This document shows positions 13,301-26,200 of a stretch of DNA of 64,000 nt, in pieces (positions within the stretch are counted from its first letter, which is position 1; each line of letters begins with the position of its first letter). Position numbers and translations under genes: made by a program. The notes below the pieces were generated by a model that had not been told where the DNA came from, did not search any database, and saw only the letters and a list, made by a program, of their open reading frames with translations. Origin of the DNA: Azolla caroliniana (Eukaryota; Plantae; Polypodiophyta); assembly GCA_043228905.1 (NCBI GenBank), contig JBHGNT010000017.1, positions 10,726,001-10,790,000 on the forward strand, read 5' to 3'.

Positions 13301-15632
13301 GTATCGCTTTCAGCTTCTTGCCGGATTCCCTTTCCACTCTCGCGTGGAGTTCTTTGAAGACGCACAACACTTGGTCCTTTGTCTTCAACGGTGCCGTCCA
13401 CAGCTTCCGGCTATGATCATCAATGAATGTTACGAAGTACTGGGCTCCGCCATGTGACTTCGTTTCTACCTGACACACATCGGTGTGCACCAACTCCAAT
13501 GGTGCGCTACGTCTCGTCGGTGGCCTTGAGTGGAAGGAGGTTCGGTTCTGCTTACCGGCCAGGCAATCGGTGCACTTCTCCAGGTGCACATGCTTCACTG
13601 GGATGAGGTTGTCTTCTGCAAGCCTCTTCATCCCCTTCTCACTCATGTGGCACAGTCTTTTGTGCCACAGCTCACCGGCAGTGTCGGCTGCCACATTCAA
13701 CTCTTCCGGACATAACCGGGCATTCATCAGGTACAGTGTGTTGTCTTTCCGGGCCCGAGCCACTATCAGGTTCCCCTTGCTGAACTTCATGACACCGTTC
13801 CGGATGCTACCCGTGTAGCCTTCATCATCTAGCCTCCCGGCCGAAATCAGGTTCAGTCGGACCTCCGGAACGTGTCGGACATTCTTCAGCAGCATTTTGC
13901 ATCCGGTCGGGGTTGTCAACCACACGTCTCCTATGCCGGCAATCCGGCACGTACCTTCGTTTCCCATCCGAACACAGCCATGCTCGCCGGCTGTGTAGGA
14001 TGAGAAGTATCTTCTCTCCGGGGTCAGGTGGAACGATGCTCCGGAATCGACCACCCAGGTCGTCTCATCGCCGGCAATGTTTAGTTCACCTTCTTCGGTG
14101 ATGAGCATGATCTCCTCTTCACTTGCCGCGAGTGTCGTCGTTCCTTTCCGGTCCTGTCCTCGCCGATCCGAACCATTCCGGTCCGTGGCTCCCCGGTATG
14201 CACCGTTTCTCTCCGGTGACTTCTTCGAATCGGTGTTGTCGGTTCCATTGTCTTTTCGGTAATGCCGACAATTCTTTCGGAAGTGCCCCGGCTTCCCACA
14301 GTGGAAGCATGTGGGCCTTCCTCTTGACTGCGACCGGGTCCCCGACTTCTCCCGTCTTTGCGGACTCCGGTTCCATTGTCTTCCCCGATCCGATTCGGTA
14401 AACAGCATTTTCGGGTCGGAGGCCGGTTCTTTATCTCTCCGACGCGCTTCTTCATTCAGAATACTTGTCTTTACCGTTTGTAAGGACAAGTTATCTTCGG
14501 TGCACGAGGTGCTGAGAGTCACCACCAAGTTCTCCCAGCTTTCCGGCAATGTACACATCAGGATGATGGCTTGCATTGCATCCTCCAACGGGAACTTGAT
14601 CGCCGCAAGCTGATTCACGAATCCCATGAACGTGCTTACGTGTTCAACCATACTCTCGCCGTCCCGGTACTTGAGATTCACTATCTTCCTCATCAGGGAG
14701 GTCCGGTTCAACGCATTCTTCCTCTCATAGAGGCCCGACAGCTTCTTCCACATCTCATATGTGTTGGTGTCATTCGCCACATGTTGTAGGACGCTTACAT
14801 CGACATATTGTCGGATCGTCGCTACGGCTTTCCGGTTCAGGAGCTTCCACTCCGACTCAAGTACCCCTTTCGGTATTTCCGACCTGTCAATCGGTTCGTA
14901 CAGGTCCCGAACAATCAGAAGATCCTCCATCTTGATCTTCCAGTCGGCGTAATTCTGCGCATTCAGCACCATCATCATCGGCTGCCCGCTGCCGCCGCCT
15001 TCCATTTTCTGCAACAGTCGCTCTGATACCAGTTTGACGAGAATAGACGCTTCTATTCACCTTCTTCCTTCGGCCACAACCGAGTAATCGCGGATCAATG
15101 CAGCAGAAAATAGGAAATACAGAGAAAGACACGATACACAGGGATTAACGTGGAAAACCCTATACGGGAAAAACCACGGGAGTGCGAGACTCCAAACCAA
15201 ACTATGCACAGAGAAATATACAATGGCGAGCTGCAAGGCAACGACCTTGAGCTCGCTGTCCTCGCCACAGGCGGCGGAAATACACAGAGGCGTCTACCTC
15301 TTCCTCTCTCGCGCTCTATCTCTCTCACGGCTGCTCTCTCTTCACTCCTCTCAAGTGGAAAAACAGAAAAATGAGAAGCAACAGTAAAACTGTTTGCCCT
15401 AAGTCATATTTATACATATATGACTTTCGGGCTATTTACAAGTGTAGCCTCAGGGGCCCATAGCGAACATATTCACGGATATGTCCCTGCATCCGGATCG
15501 CTCTCCGGGTACATTCGTCATCCGGTACCGAAACCGGGGTCTTCGTCATCCGGATCCGAAACCGAAACCGGGCTCGTCGGCATTCATCTCCGACTTCCGA
15601 CCATCCCATCCGAAGGGACCGTAATCCCAACA
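10324..15632 (-). mobile_element. Intact Ty1/copia (Tnt1/Tork-like; copia E), 5309 bp
   Basis: 598-bp LTRs at 10324-10921 and 15035-15632, with no difference found by eye; TSD GTATA; Met-PBS 15020-15031; PPT ~10922-10936; one uninterrupted ORF. Confidence 0.98.
10932..15005 (-). CDS. Copia Gag-Pol polyprotein (gag, CCHC knuckle, protease, integrase, RT, RNase H)
   Basis: ORF track 10932..15014; first ATG at 15005. Motifs CFHCGKPGHFRKNC, WVVDSGAS, HKRLCH..CTDC, DDE core (HTDV, RADNGGEY, NGLAER), QMDVKTAFL, LYVDDM, FTDSD, TEAEY. Confidence 0.97.
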   Translation of the reverse strand: MEGGGSGQPMMMVLNAQNYADWKIKMEDLLIVRDLYEPIDRSEIPKGVLESEWKLLNRKAVATIRQYVDVSVLQHVANDTNTYEMWKKLSGLYERKNALNRTSLMRKIVNLKYRDGESMVEHVSTFMGFVNQLAAIKFPLEDAMQAIILMCTLPESWENLVVTLSTSCTEDNLSLQTVKTSILNEEARRRDKEPASDPKMLFTESDRGRQWNRSPQRREKSGTRSQSRGRPTCFHCGKPGHFRKNCRHYRKDNGTDNTDSKKSPERNGAYRGATDRNGSDRRGQDRKGTTTLAASEEEIMLITEEGELNIAGDETTWVVDSGASFHLTPERRYFSSYTAGEHGCVRMGNEGTCRIAGIGDVWLTTPTGCKMLLKNVRHVPEVRLNLISAGRLDDEGYTGSIRNGVMKFSKGNLIVARARKDNTLYLMNARLCPEELNVAADTAGELWHKRLCHMSEKGMKRLAEDNLIPVKHVHLEKCTDCLAGKQNRTSFHSRPPTRRSAPLELVHTDVCQVETKSHGGAQYFVTFIDDHSRKLWTAPLKTKDQVLCVFKELHARVERESGKKLKAIRADNGGEYRGQFQEYCRSKGIRLEFTVPKTPELNGLAERMNRTIMERVRSMLAHAKLPKGFWAEAMSTATYVINRSPSVPLDGDTPQKVWTGKEVSYRHLKVFGCLAYVHVAKDRRGKLDPKTRPCIFLGYGDDEFGYRVWDPVDEKIFRSRDIIFMEDKTLADWESEKKAKSSKSTGEDQLYKEQSRPARDRLALEDPAEDGEETEPAEEDENDTGTGPDPEMDSDEEESEEPVTEAPERRYPLRERRAPRRFPDPEHVLLTDEGEPESFEEAKHDTQSRRWLSAMQDEMDSLHENHTYELVELPKGKRALRNKWVFKLKPGDAGNPPRYKARIVVKGSQQKKGVDFDEIFAPVVKMTSIRTVLSIAASMDLEVEQMDVKTAFLHGDLDEEIYMQQPEGFEKKGKEHLVCRLKKSLYGLKQAPRQWYRKFDSFMTDEGYLKTQSDHCVFVKKFEGGDFLILLLYVDDMLIVGRDQVKIRMLKKALHRTFSMKDLGPARQILGMHIIRDRKKKQLWLSQEKYVTKVLHRFNMSEARPVGSTLPTNCKLSSKQSPKTKAEKEDMMKVPYASAVGSLMYAMVCTRPDIGYAVGVVSRYMSNPGKEHWNAAKWILRYLKGTANVCLRFGSGKPELDGFTDSDMSADADTSRSTSGYVMTYAGGAVSWQSRLQKTVALSTTEAEYMAAVEAGKEVIWMKDFIRELGIRQEEYRLYCDSQSAIHLAKNAAYHSRTKHIQRRYHWIRERIEDKEFVLTKIHTDENGSDMLTKVLTPDKLEACRKRIGLERHPMPK

Positions 15633-15649
15633 GTATAAAACGTTTACAT

Positions 15650-15910
15650 ATGTGTATGAGGTCAATACCTCATTTGACGTATATTGAATATGTGTGGAGT
15701 GTCGTATGCGCACGAGGTTAATACCTCAATTGTGTATTACGTTCACAAACGTATGTTACGTTTGCGTATGATGTCAATACCTCGATTCATTGTAAATAAT
15801 ATGTGTTTGGTCTCATATGGGTAAGAGGTCAATACCTCAATTGCGTATTACGATTAACCCTTATTTTTGGATGTCTCATGTGCGTAGAGGTATATGCCTC
15901 AATTACGTAT
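15650..15910 (+). repeat. Five degenerate ~57-bp repeats in the gypsy D leader, each with a GAGGT-N4-ACCTC mini-hairpin
   Basis: GAGGTCAATACCTC-like cores at ~15658, 15714, 15769, 15825 and 15887. Confidence 0.7.
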
Positions 15911-17096
15911 CTCGATTACATCATTTTTGGCTATTAAATATAACGATTTGTTTAATATAGGCATATGTGGTCACGTGTATACGTAGTTGATCGTATATAT
16001 GTGATAATATACATACGTGTATATAAGTTATTACATGATTTTAAATCGAATGTTTTCCTTTTCGGGGAAACAATCTTAGTGGTCGTCCTCACATTTTTGT
16101 GAGAATAACGTTGTCACCATCCCTTTTTTCAACAATTTTTTATTGTTGCAATCCCCGTTGGTAACTTCAATATTTCGTTACGTAAAGAAACGCCTATAGC
16201 CATAATGATGTTGAGTATGTAGGGCTTGACCCACTTCATGTGAGGTTGCTCCTATGACACACGTATCCAACATCCCTCCCTCATTACATGGATACGATGC
16301 CACCATGAGATCATTCTTACGAGAGGCATTCGTAATGACGTGACCATGTGATGGGCCACGTGGGCCTACTACGAAACGAGGGCTCATTTGGCTTGACCAT
16401 TAGGTTGCACTTTGGCGTATGCCATCGTAATTACGAGACTTGAGGTTAGGTAATGTACCAACATAATTGTAGTAAATGAGGGCGAAATAAGGACTCTTGA
16501 CATATATGTTTCTTTTAAAAAAACATATATGGGCAAATGCCTTGCATATCTCTTATACGCATGAAACATTAAACATTCAAAGAAGAGCAATCTACTTGGT
16601 TGGCTCAAGTGTTTAATATATTTGTTCTCGAAGTCTCGAGTTCAAATATGACCAAGACTATACAACATCGTTGATACATATGACTATAACACATGTTTAG
16701 ACTTAAGGTCTAAGTGCACTTCGGGGTCCTCGTAATAGGACTTAAAGAGTCGAAACCACATATTTGGGCACCGAAACATAGTTTCTTATTAACATTTTTT
16801 TCGTGTATAAACTATTCATGATGCGAACATACATGGTTGAGCCTCGGGGAGCCGCCATGAAAAAAATCGATATCGAGATCCGGGAAAGACATTTATTTGT
16901 CAACCCCATGGTTTTTAAAACACCTTTGTGTTACCATAGTAACCTGATCTTGAACCTCATCTCATACGTCTAGAGGGGTATTGACGTGAGATCATGATAT
17001 CGATTAATGTTTGTCCATGATATGTTTACATCACGACATGATGTTATGACTATTTGTCTGACCTTATCCTATTTCTTTGCCAGAAATAACCATTCA

Positions 17097-19771
17097 ATGG
17101 CTCAAAATAATGACCCGATGTCATCCACTCAAGCGGAAGGAACTCAAGGAAATCCTCATGGACAAATGTCCATTAAGATGTATTTTTCACAGATAACCCA
17201 ATACCTTAGTTTCACTGCTGAAGAGATGACCGAACTTCGGCAATCTCAAAGTGCTCTCGAGGCACGTGTCATTAGTTTACAACGTGAGACTAATAGACTT
17301 GATGAGCGACAGGGTGAACCATCGTTTGTTGTTAAGCCATTTACGGGAGAAAAAAAGGAAAGTACCAAAGAAGCAATCTGCACGTGGCTGGGCCGATGGG
17401 AGTCTCATTTTGAGCTCTATCCCATGCCGGATAGTAGGAAGGTTGCATATGTTGGCCGAGAACTAGGGGGTAAGGCCGCCGCCTGGTGGCGTGGGCTCCG
17501 TACTTTGGGGAATTTGCCCAATACCTGAACAGATTTTGTCACAGTTTTCAAGGGCGAATTTGTACAACCTCCCTCTTGAACAGAGGCAGCACAAGCTTTA
17601 ATGAACCTCTCTAGCAGGAAGTTTTCCTCGCCTGAAGACTATGTTCGCCATGCTAGAACCCAACTCCAAAAATTGGGTCTAGAAGGGGACAATTGGTTAA
17701 TAGCTTGTTTTGTCAATGGCATCCCCGATTCAGACTATCACTGGATAGTGCACGATAAGGATCCAAAATCCTTCGAAGAGGTCGTTGAAATAGTTCTTGG
17801 CTATCAACACACTTCGAAGGACCACAACAAACCCAACGAAGCGCCCGAGACTAAGCAGTTGCAATTCGTTGGGAAACGCAAGACACCCAACGAATTCATG
17901 GATCGCGATTGTAAGCGACAACATCCTTTTTTGCGTATTCTGCAAAAAGAAGGGTCATACAAAAGAGCAATGTTGAAAGCTCCAACGGAAAGAGCACAAC
18001 AACAAAGCTAAAGTTGCAGACCATAAAGGTCAGATTCCTAATGTCCTTCAGGTCTATACACATCATTTAAGTAATTGTGAATGTTCTTTCCCTTACTATG
18101 TATTCGGTCCCAATTATTTACTACGTGCAAACAGGTATATCAATGGATCTCCCGTACAATTTTTATTTCATTCGGGAAGCTCACACAACTTTGTCAATGA
18201 TCGTTTGGTTCAGATATGGGGAATCCAACCCACTGTAAGTGATCACACCTACACAGTGCACTTGGCTGATGGAAGAGTACAATACATCAACGGGGCGATT
18301 CATTCATTAGGAATTTCTATTGATACTTATATAGAGGAAGTAGACTTCCATATAATGAATATTTGTACCACCGATGTAATACTCGGTTATCCCTGGTTTT
18401 ATAATAAAAAATCTTCTTTATTTATTGATTGGGTTCATCATTCAATAACTTTTGTACTAAACAATTGTACTCATTTTATTCAATGTGTCAAAAAACAATC
18501 CCTCTCGATTATTTCCTCGTGTCCATCAATATCCGAGTGGTCTTGTTCTACTCTATTTTATTGTGTACTTGATCCGGACATTCACGTTTACAATATCGAT
18601 AATGTCTCGGTTCAATTAACATATTTTGAACAACAACAACTTGATGAAATCTTAAATTATTTTCGTGATGTTTTTCCGAGTGAACTACCAGATGGTTTAC
18701 CTCCTAAATGTAATATAGACGATCGTATAGATATTGTACCTAGAGTTGCACCAATAAGTGTACCTCCTTATCGCTTAAGTCGATCTGAAGAGGATGAGGT
18801 AGCTAAGAAACTCAAGGACTATTTACAAATGGGTTATATACGTTATAGCAAATCTCCATGGGGGGCACCAGTTCTCTTGGTTAAAAAGAAAGAGGGCACA
18901 TGGCGTATGTGTATTAATTACCGACGCTTGAATAAAGTGATGATCAAGAATTCGTATCCATTACCCCATGCTGACGATCTAATTGACCGTCTCTAGGGAG
19001 CTCGGTATTTTACGAAACTTGAACTCCGTACTGGCTACCATCAAATTCCTGTAAGTGAGGACGATGTTCCAAAAATGGCATTTCGTATGCGCTATGGCCA
19101 TTATGAGTTTTTGGTTATGCCTTTTGGTTTGACCAATGCTCCGGCTACATTTCAACAAGAAATGAATGACATTGTCTGAGAACAACTTGGAAAATTTGTC
19201 GTTATTTTAGTTTATAGCCGTACATTACAAGAACATGCTAAACATGTCCACTTTGTTTTACAAACATTGCGTGACAAACAGTTTTACGCGAAGATCTCAA
19301 AATGTGAGTTCTTCAAGAAATCAATTACTTATCTTGGACATCTCATAACCGAACAAGGAGTTGAAATTGATCCATCTCGCATGAGAAAATCAAGCTTTGG
19401 CCCACTCTTCAAACGTTTGAGAAGTTCGATCATTCCTTGGTTTTGTCGGGTTTTTGCGAAAATCTCTTCGTAAGTACTCCCAATTGACGACGTCGTTTAT
19501 TGATCTTCTAAAAGGTCAAATGCATAAGTCTATAAAACCTATTGTGTGGAATGCCACACTAGACTTCGCCTTTAAGGAACTCAAGGACCTAGTTTGCTGA
19601 ATGTTGGTACACTCAAAACATGCCACCATTATCTTTATGGAAATCGCTTTGTGGTAACTACGAACCACGAGTCCTTGAAATATTTTTGTGACCAACAAGA
19701 CCTGAAAGGTCGTAAGGCACGATGGGCTGATCTCATCTAGGACTTTGATTTTTCCATACGATATTGTAAAG
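17097..19771 (+). pseudogene. Gypsy D gag, protease, RT and partial RNase H (disrupted)
   Basis: gag (ELGGKAAAWW), RT ([52 protein letters not shown]) and RNase H C-terminus (HYLYGNRFVVTTNHESLKY). Contains stops; the N-terminal half of RNase H is deleted near 19610. Confidence 0.9.
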
Positions 19772-22700
19772 TGTTGAGAGACAAGCTCAACATCGGCCGG
19801 ATCGGCTGAGCAAGCCAAGGACCGGATCGGTTGGGACCGATCGTTAGGCCAGATCAGTTGGAAACCGGTACGCAGACCGGTGCGTAGGAAGGCCGGATCA
19901 GTGCAAAAACCGAGAGGCCATTGGAAACATATTCCGCAAGGAATATATTTGGGAGTTAGTGTAGGGGCTCCTCAATGAGCAATGAAGTACTGTCAGTACT
20001 ACTGTCAGTCCGAAAAGGACTTGTATAAAAGTGTTCATTGAACACACACGATGTAAAGATCGAGTATTATTTTTGAATTAAGTTCTAGTGTTTACTCTCT
20101 CTCTCTCCCATGCGTACTGTGCAAACCTAAGCTTTCCATTGAACCTGTATTTTCTCTGTGTTCGTTTCTTCTATTGCTTCCGCACATAATCTTTAACATG
20201 GTATCAGAGCGCGAGGGTTGAGAACCTCTGCAGTCGACTTTGCTTGAAGGAAAAACCAACGAAGAAGAACAAGAAAACCGATGGACAGAGGAATGGCTAG
20301 CTCGCTTTCGACAGAGAAAGTCGACAGAACCAACTACGCATCTTAGTCCTACAAGATGCACTAGTACCTGCCTAGGCACGGTTACTGGAGCTATGTCGAA
20401 GGAGCGAACGACGCGACACCCGAATCGACACACAACGATTTCCGGTGTGGGAACAATCGGCGAGCAGAGTGCTGTACTATTTTGCGTCTTGTGTGGGTGA
20501 ACAGGTATTAAGCTACGTTCGGGATGCAAAAATGCCGAACGGTGCGTGGGAAAATCGGAAGAAGATCTTCGCCACGAGCACCACAGCCAGGAAGCTTCAG
20601 CTCCGATAGGAGTTGAGCAACCTACAACAACGCGATTTGTCGGTGGCTGACTATACCTCGAAGATCAAGGACATATGCGACTCCTTACCCTCCATCGATG
20701 TGAACATCGAGGAAAACGAGATGGTCCAGGTCTGTCTCGGGGGTTTGGCGTTGAAGTTCGTGGCGTTCCGAACTTATATAGAGGAAGTAGACTTCCATAT
20801 AATGAATATTTGTACCACCGATGTAATACTCGGTTATCCCTGGTTTTATAATAAAAAATCTTCTTTATTTATTGATTGGGTTCATCATTCAATAACTTTT
20901 GTACTAAACAATTGTACTCATTTTATTCAATGTGTCAAAAAACAATCCCTCTCGATTATTTCCTCGTGTCCATCAATATCCGAGTGGTCTTGTTCTACTC
21001 TATTTTATTGTGTACTTGATCCGAACATTCACGTTTACAATATCGATAATGTCTCGGTTCAATTAACATATTTTGAACAACAACAACTTGATGAAATCTT
21101 AAATTATTTTCGTGATGTTTTTCCGAGTGAACTACCAGATGGTTTACCTCCTAAATGTAATATAGACGATCGTATAGATATTGTACCTAGAGTTGCACCA
21201 ATAAGTGTACCTCCTTATCGCTTAAGTCGATCTGAAGAGGATGAGGTAGCTAAGAAACTCAAGGACTATTTACAAATGGGTTATATACGTTATAGCAAAT
21301 CTCCATGGGGGGCACCAGTTCTCTTGGTTAAAAAGAAAGAGGGCACATGGCGTATGTGTATTAATTACCGACGCTTGAATAAAGTGATGATCAAGAATTC
21401 GTATCCATTACCCCATGCTGACGATCTAATTGACCGTCTCTAGGGAGCTCGGTATTTTACGAAACTTGAACTCCGTACTGGCTACCATCAAATTCCTGTA
21501 AGTGAGGACGATGTTCCAAAAATGGCATTTCGTATGCGCTATGGCCATTATGAGTTTTTGGTTATGCCTTTTGGTTTGACCAATGCTCCGGCTACATTTC
21601 AACAAGAAATGAATGACATTGTCTGAGAACAACTTGGAAAATTTGTCGTTATTTTAGTTTATAGCCGTACATTACAAGAACATGCTAAACATGTCCACTT
21701 TGTTTTACAAACATTGCGTGACAAACCGTTTTACGCGAAGATCTCAAAATGTGAGTTCTTCAAGAAATCAATTACTTATCTTGGACATCTCATAACCGAA
21801 CAAGGAGTTGAAATTGATCCATCTCGCATGAGAAAATCAAGCTTTGGCCCACTCTTCAAACGTTTGAGAAGTTCGATCATTCCTTGGTTTTGTCGGGTTT
21901 TTGCGAAAATCTCTTCGTAAGTACTCCCAATTGACGACGTCGTTTATTGATCTTCTAAAAGGTCAAATGCATAAGTCTATAAAACCTATTGTGTGGAATG
22001 CCACACTAGACTTCGCCTTTAAGGAACTCAAGGACCTAGTTTGCTGAATGTTGGTACACTCAAAACATGCCACCATTATCTTTATGGAAATCGCTTTGTG
22101 GTAACTACGAACCACGAGTCCTTGAAATATTTTTGTGACCAACAAGACCTGAAAGGTCGTAAGGCACGATGGGCTGATCTCATCTAGGACTTTGATTTTT
22201 CCATACGATATTGTAAAGTGTTGAGAGACAAGCTCAACATCGGCCGGATCGGCTGAGCAAGCCAAGGACCGGATCGGTTGGGACCGATCGTTAGGCCAGA
22301 TCAGTTGGAAACCGGTACGCAGACCGGTGCGTAGGAAGGCCGGATCAGTGCAAAAACCGAGAGGCCATTGGAAACATATTCCGCAAGGAATATATTTGGG
22401 AGTTAGTGTAGGGGCTCCTCAATGAGCAATGAAGTACTGTCAGTACCACTGTCAGTCCGAAAAGGACTTGTATAAAAGTGTTCATTGAACACACACGATG
22501 TAAAGATCGAGTATTATTTTTGAATTAAGTTCTAGTGTTTACTCTCTCTCTCTCCCATGCGTACTGTGCAAACCTAAGCTTTCCATTGAACCTGTATTTT
22601 CTCTGTGTTCGTTTCTTCTATTGCTTCCGCACATAATCTTTAACATGGTATCAGAGCGCGAGGGTTGAGAACCTCTGCAGTCGACTTTGCTTGAAGGAAA

Positions 22701-23218
22701 AACCAACGAAGAAGAACAAGAAAACCGATGGACAGAGGAATGGCTAGCTCGCTTTCGACAGAGAAAGTCGACAGAACCAACTACGCATCTTAGTCCTACA
22801 AGATGCACTAGTACCTGCCTAGGCACGGTTACTGGAGCTATGTCGAAGGAGCGAACGACGCGACACCCGAATCGACACACAACGATTTCCGGTGTGGGAA
22901 CAATCGGCGAGCAGAGTGCTGTACTATTTTGCGTCTTGTGTGGGTGAACAGGTATTAAGCTACGTTCGGGATGCAAAAATGCCGAACGGTGCGTGGGAAA
23001 ATCGGAAGAAGATCTTCGCCACGAGCACCACAGCCAGGAAGCTTCAGCTCCGATAGGAGTTGAGCAACCTACAACAACGCGATTTGTCGGTGGCTGACTA
23101 TACCTCGAAGATCAAGGACATATGCGACTCCTTACCCTCCATCGATGTGAACATCGAGGAAAACGAGATGGTCCAGGTCTGTCTCGGGGGTTTGGCGTCG
23201 AAGTTCGTGGCGTTCCGA
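18325..23218. repeat. Tandem duplication, unit 2447 bp (18325-20771 / 20772-23218)
   Basis: Near-identical ORF sets offset by 2447; 3-bp ACT microhomology at the junction; four substitutions seen. Confidence 0.95.
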
Positions 23219-26200
23219 ACTGCTATGTGTACCCGACAGAATACGTCGTCCTTTTTCGACTTATAGTCGATGCTCCTAGTAGAGGAGAACCACGTGGGTG
23301 CGTCAACGAGCATGCACACCGACAGCAAGATATTGTAAACAGAGGGAGATAGGGCTCGTGGACGTGGAGGATGAGGCGAGTCGGTGCGCAATGGAGGCCG
23401 CCGACGAGATCAAGGAAGGAGGCACCGAAATGATGCCGACAGCAATTCCGGACCCTCCGGAAACAGGGGGAGTCAAGGTGATGAGAACCGGCAAGGGAAA
23501 CCCGCCACAGAATGCTGGTACTATGGCAAGAAAGGCCACAGGGAGAGCGAGTGCTGGAAAAAGCGTGCCGAGTCGGAGAGGACCGGTTCCGGATCTGGTT
23601 CCGAACATACCGACAAAGGAAACCGGCAGCGATCGCACTACACCGAAGGATCCAGAAAAGTCGGAAAAGGGTCTGCCTTCGTGACGAGACACAAAGCAAA
23701 CTTAATGAAGCAGACCACCCTGAAATTGGACGAGGTGTGGTACGTCAACTCCGGCGCGTCAAATCACATGACGAGCCATAAGGAGTGGTTCTCGTACCTA
23801 GAAAAACCGATGCAACCGGGAGTAGTCGCAACCGGAGACGACACTCCGCATCCGATCGCGAATGTCGGAGAAGTTCCCTTGAGCCATGTTGGGCAGAAAG
23901 GGAAACTCATGAACGTGCTACACATTCCGACAATCACGAAGAACTTGGTGTCGATCGGACAGATCGTCGACCAAGGGATGGAGGTCCGGTTTACACACCT
24001 CGGGTGCTTCATTGAGGAAGAAGGCCATGTTATTGCGCAAGGGCATAGAGATGGGAGGATGTTCATCCTCGACTCTACTGACGGTGGCACAGCAATGTTT
24101 GCGAAGGGACAAAAAGTTGAGTTGTACATTGACTTATGGCACAAGCGGATAGGCCACGTCAACTACCAGCGGCTTCAAGACCTGCAATCGAAATAAGTGG
24201 TGTTCGGATTGCCCAAATTTGGTGGCCAGAAGGCACAAATTTGTGAAGCCTACCAGCTTGGGAAGCAACACCAACTTCCTTTCCCAAACGAGCGTAATTG
24301 GAGCCGGAACAAGCTCGACTTGATACACTCCGATGTGTGGGGGCCGATATTTTGTCTCCTTCATCGACGACTACACGCGGCACACGTGGATCTACCTCAT
24401 TGAGAGGAAGAGCAAAGTCTTCGACTGTTTCCAAGACCTCAAAGGGTTCGTGGAAATGGAAATAGGAAGAAAGATCAAGTGCATGCGGTCGGATGGAGGA
24501 AAAGAATACTTTTCCGGTCAATTCAACGGTTATCTACAACAGATGGGAATTCGGCGCGAATTCAGTTATAGATACACGCCGGAGCAAAACGGCGTGGCCG
24601 AGAGGAAAAATGAGTCGGTTGTGGATGCGGCACGGGCAATGCTAGAGGAGAAGAGCTTGCCCAAGTTCTACCGGGCCGAGGCGGTAAGGACCGCAGTATA
24701 CATCCAAAACCGGATCGGAGACAAAGTGTCGGTGCATGAGCTATATTTTGGAAGGAAGCCGAATTTATGACACTTGAGAGTTTTCAGTAGTATTGCGTAT
24801 GTGCATGTGCCGAAGCAGAAACAGAGGAAGCTGGGTGCAAAGGCCGAGAAGAGTATCTTGGTCGGCTATTCGAAAGAGCAGAAGGGTTATAAGTGTTTTA
24901 ACCCACGCACCAAACAAGCGCGCGTGATCCGCGACGTTGTGTTTGACGAGTTCGCGTCCTGGTACTTGCCTCCGACTCCAGACCTCACCTCCAGACCTGA
25001 CGATGAGGTCAGCGAGGCCGAGATGCCTCCGAATGAACCTGAAATCGGGACCCGCGAAGAGAGTCTGATTTCGGTCCGCTTAAGTGGACCGCATGGACGA
25101 CTGAGTCAGCTCGACCAGTCCGATGAAGAGCCAACGAGTAGTGGAGACTCGGTCGTGCATTCCCTGCGTAGGAAGCTGAGGAGACGGCTTACGCGCAAAG
25201 AGAAAGGGAAGAAGAAGGTGTCGGATTCCAGCATGGATAGGAACGAGTCAGACCGACGCGAGTCCGACTCCGAAGGAAGCGGTGATGGGTCTTCAAGAGC
25301 GAAGTCTGCGTCGGCCGAGAAGACCTCGACATCGGCTAATGACCGATTACGTCGATCCACCCGCCAGAAGAACCCAGTTGTGCAGTTCCGATACAACGAG
25401 TACATGCCGCATCATTATGCGTACATGACCCGTGTAGCGGAAGTGCATGAGGCAGAGAGCTACGCAAAAGCGGCTAAGGACACGAATTGGCGCGCCGCGA
25501 TGGAGGAAGAGATGCACGCATTTGCGGAAAACGAGACTTGGGACCTGGTTGATGCACCGAAGGGTGTGAAGCCGATCGGATGTAGGTGGGTGTACAAGGT
25601 CAAGTACAACACCGACCGCTCGGTCAACCGATACAAGGCCCGGTTAGTGGCAAAAGGTTGCACGCAGAAACACAATATCAATTACGATGAGACGTTTGCG
25701 TCGGTCTCGAAGATGACGACCATCCGTGTTTTGCTCGTGGTAGCTGTAGCAAAGGAGTGGCACTTACATCAGATGGATGTAAAGAATGTGTTCCTGCAAG
25801 GTGAGCTTGAGGAACAGGTGTACATGGTACAGCCCCCCGGATTTCACTCCGGAACAAACAAGTCTGGAGTGTGCCGATTGAAGAAGTCCCTTTACGGATT
25901 GAAGCAAGCCCCGCGTGCCTAGAACGCGAAGATCACGAAGCAACTGTGTCGGATGGGCTTTGCAAAGTCAAAATCGGACTCTTCCCTGTTCATCCGAAAA
26001 GGTCGAGTCGGTCCGGTCAGTATTTTACTATATGTTGATGACTTGGTCATCACCGGCTCCGACCTAGGTGAAATCGATCGCGTGAAGCTCCAGCTTGCGG
26101 CATCGTTCGACATGAAGGATCTAGGAGATCTTCATTACTTCCTCGGGATCAAAGTGATCCGTACCCCCAAAGGCATATTGATAAACCAATGCCATTATGT

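Noticed and set aside
10947-15026. Many antisense or alternative-frame ORFs over copia E (and similar ones over other elements)
   Set aside because: By-products of GC-rich, stop-poor coding sequence; no motifs.
10324-15632. Bacterial or horizontally acquired DNA suggested by high GC
   Set aside because: It is a plant copia with a decayed relative in the same window; youth explains the CpG content.
20613-21443. Functional chimeric gene
   Set aside because: The upstream gag has stops, the ORF starts at a non-ATG codon, and RT is truncated by a stop before the catalytic motif.
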